Assembly: GCA_041750285.1 (NCBI GenBank) | Contig: JBGSZS010000009.1 | Coordinates: 64,001 to 128,000, forward strand | From: Candidatus Fermentibacteraceae bacterium | Lineage (GTDB): Bacteria; Fermentibacterota; Fermentibacteria; Fermentibacterales; JCC-6 | Length of the DNA: 64,000 nt | Direction: 5' to 3' | Part shown: one piece after another, positions 37,781-46,351 of the stretch | How the letters are laid out: the number at the start of each line of letters is the position of its first letter | How positions within the stretch are numbered: the first letter of the stretch is position 1 | Translations under genes and position numbers: made by a program | The notes under the pieces: model-generated | The model's input: only the letters and a program-made list of their open reading frames with translations | Told to the model about the DNA's origin: nothing | Databases searched by the model: none

Positions 37781-38272
37781 TCATTCCCCCTTTTTTACGC
37801 AGAACCTTCTTGCCGAAGGGTAGCTGTCGAGATCGTACCGGATCACCGTTTCGGGTATCTCGATCCTGTCGAGCCTGACATCGGCCTCGTGCAGGAACTG
37901 CGAGGCGTGGCTGGAAACATAGTCGCTGAAGACCACCACCCTTCGGATGCCTGTGGCGACGAGCGCCTTGGCGCAGGTAGTGCATGGCATGTTGGTAACG
38001 TAGGCTGTGGCTCCGTTGAGTGAGACCCCGTTCCGGGCCGCCTGACAGATCGCATTCATCTCGGCGTGGTTGGTCCTTATGCAGTGCCCCTCTACGACCA
38101 TGCATCCCACCTCGTCGCAGTGGGGCAGACCGGGCAGTGAACCGTTGTAGCCTGTCGCAAGAACGTGCTTGTCCCTCACCAGAACGCATCCGCAGTGCAT
38201 CCGGGGGCAGGTGGCGCGCTCGCTCGCAAGCATTGCAAGCTTGAGAAAGTACTGGTCCCACGATGGTCGCAT
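37781..38272 (-). CDS. dCMP deaminase / ComEB-like zinc deaminase
   Basis: RPSWDQYF, RATC, TGYNG, HAEMNA, PCxxC. Confidence 0.92.
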   Translation of the reverse strand: MRPSWDQYFLKLAMLASERATCPRMHCGCVLVRDKHVLATGYNGSLPGLPHCDEVGCMVVEGHCIRTNHAEMNAICQAARNGVSLNGATAYVTNMPCTTCAKALVATGIRRVVVFSDYVSSHASQFLHEADVRLDRIEIPETVIRYDLDSYPSARRFCVKKGE

Positions 38273-38284
38273 CGGTCCTCCTGT

Positions 38285-39766
38285 TCAGGGGTTCCAGTCC
38301 AGCTGAAGACCCGCCTCGGTTCTGGCCGGGCCCGGGGTTTCTTCGTAACCCGTACCCAGACTCTCCCTGTCGTACCCGTGAAACCTGCTTATTCTGCCCC
38401 TTGCCCGCCAGTCCTCCCCCAGTGCGACCGAAACCGAGGCCTGAAGCACGGCGCAGCTTCCGTACATGGCGCTGGAGCCGAACTCGCCCGGGAAAGAAAG
38501 CTTGTAGATGTAGACCCTTGATGGGTAGCCGTCGGTCTCGGCACCGGCGGCAGAAAAGGTCGCTTCGAGCCACGGCCTGAACCTGTGTTTGAGACGGAGT
38601 TCGATTCCCGCACCGAAGCTCGTGGAGTCGCCCTGACAGAATGAAGCCGTGGGGAACCTGAGCGTGAGGGTGGTGCTGCGGGAAGGGCTCCAGCCGGCGG
38701 CTATCAACCCCCTGAGGGTGGTCCCCCCCGTTGTTCGTGCCAACGTGGCTTTCTGGGTGAGGGTTGTTCCCGGAAGCGGCGCTTCGTCGAACTGAAGACC
38801 GGCTTCGGTCGTGATGCCGCCTTCACGGTCGAGCACTTCGAACCCCGCCGTGACAGTGACCCTTCGGCCCGGCCTGTACCTGACCCCGTAGCCACCCGCA
38901 AGGTCATGGCATGCACCGAATGGCGGGGAAGACCTGACCGGGGGGAACGCCGAAGGATAGCGCCCCGCGGTGAGTGAGTGCCTGAACTCTCCAACATCGC
39001 CGTACATGCCAATGAGAAACGCGACGGGGAAAGCGCCTTCGACGAAACCCACGCTTGCCTCGCCGGTGAGTTCCCTGTCGTCGCCCGACAGGCGTACATC
39101 AAGGCCTGCCCTTCCCGTTACGAAAGCGGTGTCTTCCGAAGTTCTGATGAATGCTCCCGAAACCCCGACTGCCGGGCCCGAAACCCTCAAATAGCTGAAT
39201 GTCTGGCGCACGGCACCCCGGCCTTCGATTTCGGTCGGGGACCTGTGAAGCCCGGAGATCGACCTGTCGACGAATGAAAAGCCCTGCATCACGGTGAACC
39301 CGACATCCCCCGCCCCGAGGACTGCGGCAACTCCAGTGAGGGGCGCGCCGTCGCAATCGCCGGGGCTCGATGCAGGCTCGAGAACAGCGCGGTGTACCGG
39401 AGCCTTCACCAGAGACAAAGGGTCACCGCCCTGGCCGATGCCACCATAGCCCGCTGTGAGCCCCAGTGCCATCCCGAGGCGTAGAAAACCCGCCGAAACG
39501 CTGTGAAGGGCAGTTCCCTGAACCCACTGGAGGCCCCCTGCGGCAAGGTCGCCCCACTTCTCGCCGGGATCTTTTTCGAGCATCAGGACGCCCGAGAGTT
39601 TTCCGGCCCCGAATGTCGTGCGGTGAAAGAAGGCCCAGGCGTCACCTGCCCAGTGGTTCTCGACTATGCCGCGGGGATCGGGGAATCGCCGCTCGAGACG
39701 GAAACGGGCGTCGGTGGCCAGAAGCAGAACCGGCAGCAGAAGGACAACAATGGCTGACACTTTCAT
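38285..39766 (-). CDS. Putative outer-membrane beta-barrel protein (EKDPGE family)
   Basis: Signal peptide MKVSAIVVLLLPVLLLA; alternating amphipathic strands; EKDPGE, SRVYIY and terminal GLQLDW motifs. Confidence 0.65.
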   Translation of the reverse strand: MKVSAIVVLLLPVLLLATDARFRLERRFPDPRGIVENHWAGDAWAFFHRTTFGAGKLSGVLMLEKDPGEKWGDLAAGGLQWVQGTALHSVSAGFLRLGMALGLTAGYGGIGQGGDPLSLVKAPVHRAVLEPASSPGDCDGAPLTGVAAVLGAGDVGFTVMQGFSFVDRSISGLHRSPTEIEGRGAVRQTFSYLRVSGPAVGVSGAFIRTSEDTAFVTGRAGLDVRLSGDDRELTGEASVGFVEGAFPVAFLIGMYGDVGEFRHSLTAGRYPSAFPPVRSSPPFGACHDLAGGYGVRYRPGRRVTVTAGFEVLDREGGITTEAGLQFDEAPLPGTTLTQKATLARTTGGTTLRGLIAAGWSPSRSTTLTLRFPTASFCQGDSTSFGAGIELRLKHRFRPWLEATFSAAGAETDGYPSRVYIYKLSFPGEFGSSAMYGSCAVLQASVSVALGEDWRARGRISRFHGYDRESLGTGYEETPGPARTEAGLQLDWNP

Positions 39767-40833
39767 TCTGCAGTGAGATAACCGCTCAGAGTTTCGAGGG
39801 TTGAGGGGCCAATGCCCGGAACTGACAGGAGTTCACCAAGTGACTGGACGGGGCCGTTCTCGGAAACCCATTGGAGAATGGCCCGTGCCTTGGCGGGACC
39901 GATACCGGGGATGGCGTCCAGTTCCCTCTCCGATGCGGTGTTCACGTTCACGGGGAAGACGACCGGTGGAAGGGGCGGCCCTGGTTGGGAGATCGGGGCC
40001 GGCGAGAACGCGGCATTTCCCCAGGCAACCTCACCGAGATGGCTGCCCTGAAGATCGGGATGGGTTGTGTAGCCGTAGCTGACGGAAGCCTTCCCCGCAT
40101 CGATGCCCAGAGAAAAGGCAAGCCTTGTCGGGCCCGAGAGGCAGCCCACACCGAAACACACCCCCGGGTGGGGTGAGAAGCACGAATAAACACCGTATTC
40201 CGCCCCCGTGTACTGGTGGAATGCCGCAGCGACGGCAATGCTGAGCCCGCTGAGGGGGACGATGCCGGTCGCTGCGAAAAGCGTTCTGGGTACTGCGTTC
40301 GCACCCCCCAGCCCCGACGAGTAAAGGCCCCTGCAGCCGCCGCCAAGGTAGACCCCCTGAGCCGGCCTTGCCACGGCTGCGGCATCGAGCCCAACCGCAC
40401 CACCGGCCCCGAATCCCTCGATTGAAAGCCTGCGGGCGGAGATGGAAACGCCCGTCACGAGCCCCCGCAGAGGCCTGAACGCGCCTGCGGCGGCAATGGT
40501 GAACTCGGAGTAGCCTTGGGAAGAGGTTCCCGATGCAAGAGCACCTGCCCCGATGCCCGAGATAAAGGTGTTTCCGGCAACGGCAACCCGCGTGAGCTGT
40601 GGCAGGCCGAAGGGGCGGGAGGCGCTGACCGAAATGCCCCAATGATCGAGCATCCCCGGAGCGGCCGGGTTGAGGGCCAGGGCGGAGGATGCCCTGGGAA
40701 ACAGGGCTGAGGCGAACCCCGAAAGCCAGGGTGATTCGACACAGGGCTCGAAAGCGCCATGAAGGACTGACGCCCGGGCAAAAATGACGACTGCCATTAT
40801 CAGTTTCCCCATGCCTGTAAGTACGGCGTGCAT
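39763..40833 (-). CDS. PorV/FadL-like barrel domain fused to a C-terminal ComEA helix-hairpin-helix DNA-binding domain
   Basis: ALALNPAA, RPFGL and amphipathic strands; Pro-rich linker; PVNVNTAS..ELDAIPGIGPAKARAI...LLSVPGIGP. Start may be 40812. Confidence 0.78.
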   Translation of the reverse strand: MHAVLTGMGKLIMAVVIFARASVLHGAFEPCVESPWLSGFASALFPRASSALALNPAAPGMLDHWGISVSASRPFGLPQLTRVAVAGNTFISGIGAGALASGTSSQGYSEFTIAAAGAFRPLRGLVTGVSISARRLSIEGFGAGGAVGLDAAAVARPAQGVYLGGGCRGLYSSGLGGANAVPRTLFAATGIVPLSGLSIAVAAAFHQYTGAEYGVYSCFSPHPGVCFGVGCLSGPTRLAFSLGIDAGKASVSYGYTTHPDLQGSHLGEVAWGNAAFSPAPISQPGPPLPPVVFPVNVNTASERELDAIPGIGPAKARAILQWVSENGPVQSLGELLSVPGIGPSTLETLSGYLTAE

Positions 40834-40918
40834 GGCGGGTTTTTCAAGATGGATTGACCTTTGCCCTGCGGAGTATGATTATTTGAGATAGGCAATGGGG
40901 GGGTATGGAGGTATTCCT

Positions 40919-41833
40919 GTGAGAAAAGGTTCGGCACTGTGCCTGTTCTTTGTTACCAGCGCTTCCCTGGCAGGCGGGGTGCCCTGGTCGCACTTCAATC
41001 TCATCGACGCTCCCAGCGCCCATCTGCTTAGGCATACCGAAGTCGCCCTGGGAGGGACGTTCGCCACTTTCACAGTCGATGATTCATCGGGTTCCTCCTC
41101 CTCCGAGCTGGCCTACGGCACCTACCTCGAAGCTGGAATACTCGGACGCGGCCAGGTCGGCGCGACTTTCATCAGCGAGGGAGGCATCAGCGGAACCGCC
41201 CGTGCTCTGCTCCTTCTGGAGACCATAAAAACCCCGGGGATCGCCATCGGCTGCGAGAACATCATCGGCGAGGAGAACTACGAAGCCTTCTCCGAGGGCG
41301 ACAGCCTTTACGACTACGGCGAAAGTCAGAACTTCTCAGCCTACGCCGTGATAACAAAGGATTTCAGCTACTACCTCAGCGTGCCGGTATGCGCCAGTCT
41401 GGGCTACGGAATCGGCCGTTTCAGACAGCGCGACGGTTCCGACGACGGCCTCAGCAACCCCTTCCCGGGTCTTTTCGGAAGCCTTATGCTGCACCCTTCG
41501 CGTGAATCCGAGATAATCGTGGAGTGGGACGGACGCGACCTGAACGCTGCGGGAGAGTACGACATCACGCCCAGCATCTCCCTCAGGCTCGCCTTCGCCG
41601 AGATCGAACAGAACTTCCGCCCGGGCGATGAACGCGACGCATCCGACCCCGGCCAGGCCCCCAAGGTAGCCCTCGGTGTTCAGGTCACCTTCGGGCCGCT
41701 CTTCAACCGCACCGAGCTCGACCCCTACGAGAGGCTCCGGTTCACCGAGAACGACGAGGCACTCGAGGCCATCCGCCGTGAACGCGAGGACGCACGCCGC
41801 CGGATCGAAGAGCTGGAGCGCTCCATCCACTGA
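40919..41833 (+). CDS. YjbH-like outer-membrane barrel protein with C-terminal charged helix
   Basis: GTG after GGAGG, signal peptide, LIDAPSAHLL, YAVITK, LGYGIGRF, GLFG, EWDG..LN motifs. Confidence 0.65.
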   Translation: MRKGSALCLFFVTSASLAGGVPWSHFNLIDAPSAHLLRHTEVALGGTFATFTVDDSSGSSSSELAYGTYLEAGILGRGQVGATFISEGGISGTARALLLLETIKTPGIAIGCENIIGEENYEAFSEGDSLYDYGESQNFSAYAVITKDFSYYLSVPVCASLGYGIGRFRQRDGSDDGLSNPFPGLFGSLMLHPSRESEIIVEWDGRDLNAAGEYDITPSISLRLAFAEIEQNFRPGDERDASDPGQAPKVALGVQVTFGPLFNRTELDPYERLRFTENDEALEAIRREREDARRRIEELERSIH

Positions 41834-41939
41834 AGCCCCGGTCAGATATCAGCCTGTCTTGACAAAACCGCTTCCCGGCGTAATGCTATAGCGTTGAACG
41901 ATTTATTAACCTTCAATTAGTTTTCCGCTTTTGGGAGGC

Positions 41940-43415
41940 ATGGCACTACCAGGCACATTAGAGTTCGAGCGCGTAATTAAACGCACGAAGCTTACCCCCC
42001 TTGCGATCGAGGTTTTGAAAAGCCGTTTTCCCGACACCCCTGATCCGGTCAAGAAGTGGCTTCCATCAAAACCCCGGTGGGAAAGGGTTCTTCCCGATCT
42101 CGACGTCCTTTCCCACGAACTGATGGTGTTGAAGAGGCGCAGGGGCAAGATCGTACTTTACGGGCACGATGACATGGACGGGATCACAGGGCTCTTCGTG
42201 GGCCTGAAGATCCTTCGCAACGAGGGCTACACGGTTGTTCCCCTCATCCCCCGTCGTGAGATAGAGACCTACGGCATCCGCCCCGGCAGGCTCCAGGGCG
42301 TTCTTGAACCGGGTGACCTTCTTCTGACGGTTGACTACGGGTGCAGCGCGGTCGAAGGGGTTGCCTGGGCCAGACGGAACGGTTCAAGCGTCGTCATTAC
42401 CGACCACCACATGCTCAACCCGCCATTGCCCGACGCCAACGGAATAATCGACCCACAGCCCTCGGGCCCGCCCGCGGCCGACCTGGCAGGCTGCGCAGTG
42501 CTTTACGCTGCACTCACGTCCATCTTCCCCAGATACGAGAACGATCCCCAGCTCCTTGCGGCCACTGCCCTGGGAACCATCAGCGACAGGGTCCCCCTCT
42601 CCGAGTGGAACCGCTACCTTCTCCACTGCTTCTCGCTCATCCGGACAGATCATCTGACTGAAGGCCTGAAACTTCTGATGGAAGAGTGGCCCTGCCGCGA
42701 GGGCAACTGGACCGGATCCATGGTTCGCTCGCACATTACAAGCACGGTGGGAAAGGGCTGCAACTCGGGTATCTCTAACATGCTCGACTTCATGTTCAGC
42801 TACGATCGCCGCTGGTGCAAGACGCTCTGGAAACAGATGGTAAAAAGCAGCGAGGAGAGGGGCCAGCTTCTCAGCGAGCTTGTGGGCAGGTCAATGAACC
42901 TGAAGGATCCCGAGGCCGACGCGTTTGGCATGATAATGGTCTTCATGGACGACATCCCGCCGGGAATGGGGGGCACGCTGGCAAGCAGGCTCTGCAGGAT
43001 CCACCGCCGTGGCACGATAGTTGTCACGAGACGCGAGGACGGCATGCTCGTGGGAGACACCCGCTCCGTGGGGGACTGGAACATGGCCGGTTTCCTGGTT
43101 AGCATGAGGGACGCTTTCTCCAGCGCCGGCGGGCATTACAGGGCTGCGGGATTCAGCTACGAAAGCCCCGACTGGCTCGAACTCCGTGAACTGCTTCTCA
43201 GCCACATGGCCGAGTACCCGACATGCCCCGTTCCCCCTCCACACATTGATCTTTTCGTCGATGAACTGCCCGACCCCAGGGTCTTCACCTGCCTTGCCCC
43301 CTTCGGCCCTGGGTTCCTTCCCGTTGCCCTGAAAATCGGCACCATGCGTTACCTTCTTCAGCTTCAGCAGAACGGGCAGGCCACCTGGTGCATCACGGAG
43401 GACAGCGGGGAATGA
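41940..43415 (+). CDS. DHH/DHHA1 phosphoesterase, RecJ-like ssDNA exonuclease
   Basis: YGHDDMDG, YG, TVDYG, ITDHH, GTISD, GGHYRAAG, LAPFGPG motifs. Confidence 0.82.
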   Translation: MALPGTLEFERVIKRTKLTPLAIEVLKSRFPDTPDPVKKWLPSKPRWERVLPDLDVLSHELMVLKRRRGKIVLYGHDDMDGITGLFVGLKILRNEGYTVVPLIPRREIETYGIRPGRLQGVLEPGDLLLTVDYGCSAVEGVAWARRNGSSVVITDHHMLNPPLPDANGIIDPQPSGPPAADLAGCAVLYAALTSIFPRYENDPQLLAATALGTISDRVPLSEWNRYLLHCFSLIRTDHLTEGLKLLMEEWPCREGNWTGSMVRSHITSTVGKGCNSGISNMLDFMFSYDRRWCKTLWKQMVKSSEERGQLLSELVGRSMNLKDPEADAFGMIMVFMDDIPPGMGGTLASRLCRIHRRGTIVVTRREDGMLVGDTRSVGDWNMAGFLVSMRDAFSSAGGHYRAAGFSYESPDWLELRELLLSHMAEYPTCPVPPPHIDLFVDELPDPRVFTCLAPFGPGFLPVALKIGTMRYLLQLQQNGQATWCITEDSGE

Positions 43416-44362
43416 CGAGCATCGTCACCGGCGCCGCGGGATTCATAGGCAGCAGGCTCTGCGAAGGGCTTCTCTCCCGTGGTGAGAAGGTCCTTGGCAT
43501 CGACTGCCTCCGTGACTACTACGATGTTGCCCTGAAACGCAGGAATCTCAGCGGGCTTTCGCGCCACCGGAACTTCGGCTTCTCGCCGCACGACCTTTCC
43601 CTGTCCACCGCTTTCATCGATGACATCCTTCCACGGGAAGAACCCGTGGTGGTTTACCATCTGGCAGCCCAGGCTGGGGTCCGCAAGTCATGGGGGAGTG
43701 ATTTCTCGCAGTACACGCAGGACAACATAACAGCCTCCCAGAACCTTCTGGAGTGGGCCGTTCACAGGGGTTCCGTCGGGCACTTCGTATTCGCCTCATC
43801 CTCGTCGGTCTACGGTATCCCCTTGGAGATGCCCATGCGTGAGGATGTGACCGTTCCCGTCCCGCACTCACCCTACGGGGTGACCAAACTGGCGGCCGAG
43901 AACCTTGTCAGGCTCTACGGCAGCAATCACGGCCTGGTCTGGACGGCCCTTCGCCTCTTCAGCGTCTACGGCCCGGGGCAGCGTCCGGACATGGCTTTCA
44001 ACCGGTTCATGCGCAGCGCCATGGCGGGAGCCCCGATATCGCTCTACGGAAGCGGCGACCAGACCCGCGACTTCACCTTCGTGGACGACGTCACCCGCGC
44101 ACTGATACTTGCAGGCGGGTCACCGGGCGGTGTCGTGATGAACCTTGGCGGCGGTCTGAGGGTATCGGTGAACCGGGTGATCGGGATTCTGGAAGACATC
44201 CTGCATACCCGCATATCGGTGAACAGGCTGCCAGTGCCCCCCGGTGACGTGCACGACACATGGGCGGACACCGGGAGGGCCGAAAGGATACTGGGATGGC
44301 GCCCGGAACACACCCTGGAGGACGGCCTGGCCCGGGAGGCCGAGTGGCTAAGGTCGGTCTGA
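43412..44362 (+). CDS. NAD-dependent epimerase/dehydratase (UDP-glucuronate/UDP-glucose 4-epimerase-like)
   Basis: TGAAGFIG, HLAAQAGVR, ASSSSVYG, YGVTK, VYGPGQRPDMA, RDFTFVDD; ATGA overlap. Confidence 0.92.
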   Translation: MTSIVTGAAGFIGSRLCEGLLSRGEKVLGIDCLRDYYDVALKRRNLSGLSRHRNFGFSPHDLSLSTAFIDDILPREEPVVVYHLAAQAGVRKSWGSDFSQYTQDNITASQNLLEWAVHRGSVGHFVFASSSSVYGIPLEMPMREDVTVPVPHSPYGVTKLAAENLVRLYGSNHGLVWTALRLFSVYGPGQRPDMAFNRFMRSAMAGAPISLYGSGDQTRDFTFVDDVTRALILAGGSPGGVVMNLGGGLRVSVNRVIGILEDILHTRISVNRLPVPPGDVHDTWADTGRAERILGWRPEHTLEDGLAREAEWLRSV

Positions 44363-44746
44363 CCCGGCCAGAACCTGTACCTGCAGGTGAACCTCGTTGC
44401 TCCAGCTCGTAAGGTTGTCATCGTTCTCGGTCTGGACGGCGTAGTACCAGTGACCCGCGGAAAGACCGGGATCCGAAAAGCTTCTTTTCGTGATGTCTTC
44501 GGTGGAAAGAAGGATGGTAGCCTGATCGGGGTTCTGCTGTATTCCCGACGAGCCCGACCTGTACAGCCTGTACCTGAGGAAATTGGTGTCCGGGCACTGG
44601 GTCCAGTTGAGTTCTGCGGTGTTGCCGCCCGTGATCCTGCCGCTAAGTGCCGAAGGCCCCGGGGGAACCGGGGGCTCGGTGGGGTTACCCTGCTGGCACG
44701 AGACCAGAAGCATGACCAGAGCAGTCACAGCAGCCAGTTTTCTCAT
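44348..44746 (-). CDS. Small lipoprotein with one FN3-like domain
   Basis: Lipobox LLVS-C; LNW..C, YRLYRS, WYYAV, WSNE; paralogous to the N-domain of the neighbouring gene. Confidence 0.75.
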   Translation of the reverse strand: MRKLAAVTALVMLLVSCQQGNPTEPPVPPGPSALSGRITGGNTAELNWTQCPDTNFLRYRLYRSGSSGIQQNPDQATILLSTEDITKRSFSDPGLSAGHWYYAVQTENDDNLTSWSNEVHLQVQVLAGSDRP

Positions 44747-44771
44747 GGCGCCACCTTCCCCCGGTTAATGT

Positions 44772-46349
44772 CTATTCCGCAATGTCGTCGAGGTTCCTGG
44801 GTTCGAGCTTGAAGCTGCCGAAGGAATACCAGACCACGCCGATCATTGATTCAAAGGTTTGCCCCTGCGCAACGGTGAACCCGTAGATGCCCATGTCATC
44901 AATGACACATGTTCCGGACCCGTCGGTCACGCTGAACTCGCCATAGCCCAGGTCGGGGTTCACGACCGTCAGGTCGGTTATCACCGCAAGTACGCTCTCC
45001 CACTTCTCCTGGGAGAGGGTGCCCGTGGCGAGCGCCCGGGGCTCAGGAACGGGGTGCCCGGGTTCACGAAAATCAACCGATGGGTACGTTATCTCGGTGA
45101 GGCCGTTGAATTCGGCGACCGTGCCGGTTATGACAACGCTGTCCCCCCGGGACAGGTCGTCCAGTACTCCGTCGTAGCCGTATATCACAAGGCCGCTCCA
45201 CTCCACTCCGTCGGGGTCCTGAATGACGGCGTACTGCGCGCTTCCCGACGCGTAGTATTCGTCGCCCCCGACAGTGACTATGCCCGTCACGCTGACGGTC
45301 TGACCCACGTAGGGTGAGCTTTCGGCCTGACCCTGAACCTGGTAGCATGACAGAACATCGCCGCCGCCCCCGCCCCCGCTCGAGGAAAAGTCCTGATCGT
45401 CGCGGGGCTGGATGCGCCACTGGTCGTACTCATAGAAGAGGGGACCAGCGGCGGACACGGTGTCGCCCACCGAAGGTTCGGCGTAGTCTCCCCGGTTGCC
45501 CAGGTAACAGGCGCCGCTGCCGTCGTTGATCCGGTAGCTGTACTGGGTCGCCTCCTCGACCACGGCATCGGTGACCGATACGACAACGCCCTCCCACTGC
45601 TCATCGTTCACCTGGTCGGTGGTGAGGCTTTCAGGCTGGGGAAGGGCGAGCCCTGTCTTGTGCACCGTTATGTCTTCAAGGTATGTGAGCTCGGTGAGTC
45701 CGTAGTACTCGCTGACCTCGCCGCTGACACTCACGCTGTCACCCCGGGAGAGGGATCCGGCCTGGTCGCCGAAGAGAACGAGGCCGCTCCACGGGCCGCC
45801 GCCAGCGTCGGAAAGAACCGCGTAGCCGCCGTACAGTTCACCGCCGCCGCTGGTTACGATGCCTGTGACCCTAACTTCCTGTCCCTGGTAGGGAGAGGCT
45901 TCGGACTGGCCCTGTACCTGGTAGCACGACAGTTCACCGCCGCCGCCCCCCCCGCTGGAGTCGGGGATCGATGCCGGAGCCTCGTTGCTCCATGCCGTCA
46001 GGGACTCTGTGTCAGTGGTCCTGACGGCGTAGTACCAGTCCGAGTTCCAGGGAAGCCCCTGATCGCTTACGGTGACGGTCCCTGACTGGCTGATCACGGC
46101 AACGATGGTCGCTGCGGAAGGGTTCTGGGCAATGCCCGCCGTTGCGGACCGGAACACCGTGTAATCGGCGAAATCCGCGTTGGGGCATGGGCTCCAGTTC
46201 AGTGTGACGGTGTTTCCCGCAACCGTTGCGGAAAGGGTTGAAGCCGTGGGAGGAGTTCCGGTTCCCGCCGGGTTGGTTTCGTCATCGCCGCAGGCGGTGA
46301 AGCAAAGAGTGGCGAAGAGGAGACACAAGAAAAGGTTTCCGGTTTTCAA
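44772..46349 (-). CDS. Lipoprotein: FN3-like domain plus two tandem OB-fold modules (nuclease-accessory type), no catalytic domain seen
   Basis: TTG after GGAGG, lipobox CFTA-C; two copies of CYQVQG..SPY.GQ.V.VTGIVT...WSGLV...GDSV...G.V.E..GLTE. Confidence 0.78.
   Translation of the reverse strand: MKTGNLFLCLLFATLCFTACGDDETNPAGTGTPPTASTLSATVAGNTVTLNWSPCPNADFADYTVFRSATAGIAQNPSAATIVAVISQSGTVTVSDQGLPWNSDWYYAVRTTDTESLTAWSNEAPASIPDSSGGGGGGELSCYQVQGQSEASPYQGQEVRVTGIVTSGGGELYGGYAVLSDAGGGPWSGLVLFGDQAGSLSRGDSVSVSGEVSEYYGLTELTYLEDITVHKTGLALPQPESLTTDQVNDEQWEGVVVSVTDAVVEEATQYSYRINDGSGACYLGNRGDYAEPSVGDTVSAAGPLFYEYDQWRIQPRDDQDFSSSGGGGGGDVLSCYQVQGQAESSPYVGQTVSVTGIVTVGGDEYYASGSAQYAVIQDPDGVEWSGLVIYGYDGVLDDLSRGDSVVITGTVAEFNGLTEITYPSVDFREPGHPVPEPRALATGTLSQEKWESVLAVITDLTVVNPDLGYGEFSVTDGSGTCVIDDMGIYGFTVAQGQTFESMIGVVWYSFGSFKLEPRNLDDIAE
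44780..45935 (-). repeat. Intragenic tandem duplication (two units of about 190 aa, each preceded by a poly-Gly linker); boundaries approximate
   Basis: SGGGGGGELSCYQVQGQ versus SGGGGGGDVLSCYQVQGQ, with collinear motifs through QPR/EPR. Confidence 0.8.
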
Positions 46350-46351
46350 GA

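Noticed and set aside
41859..41894. TTGACA upstream of the RecJ-like gene as a promoter
   Set aside because: No good -10 hexamer at 16-18 nt spacing; not called.
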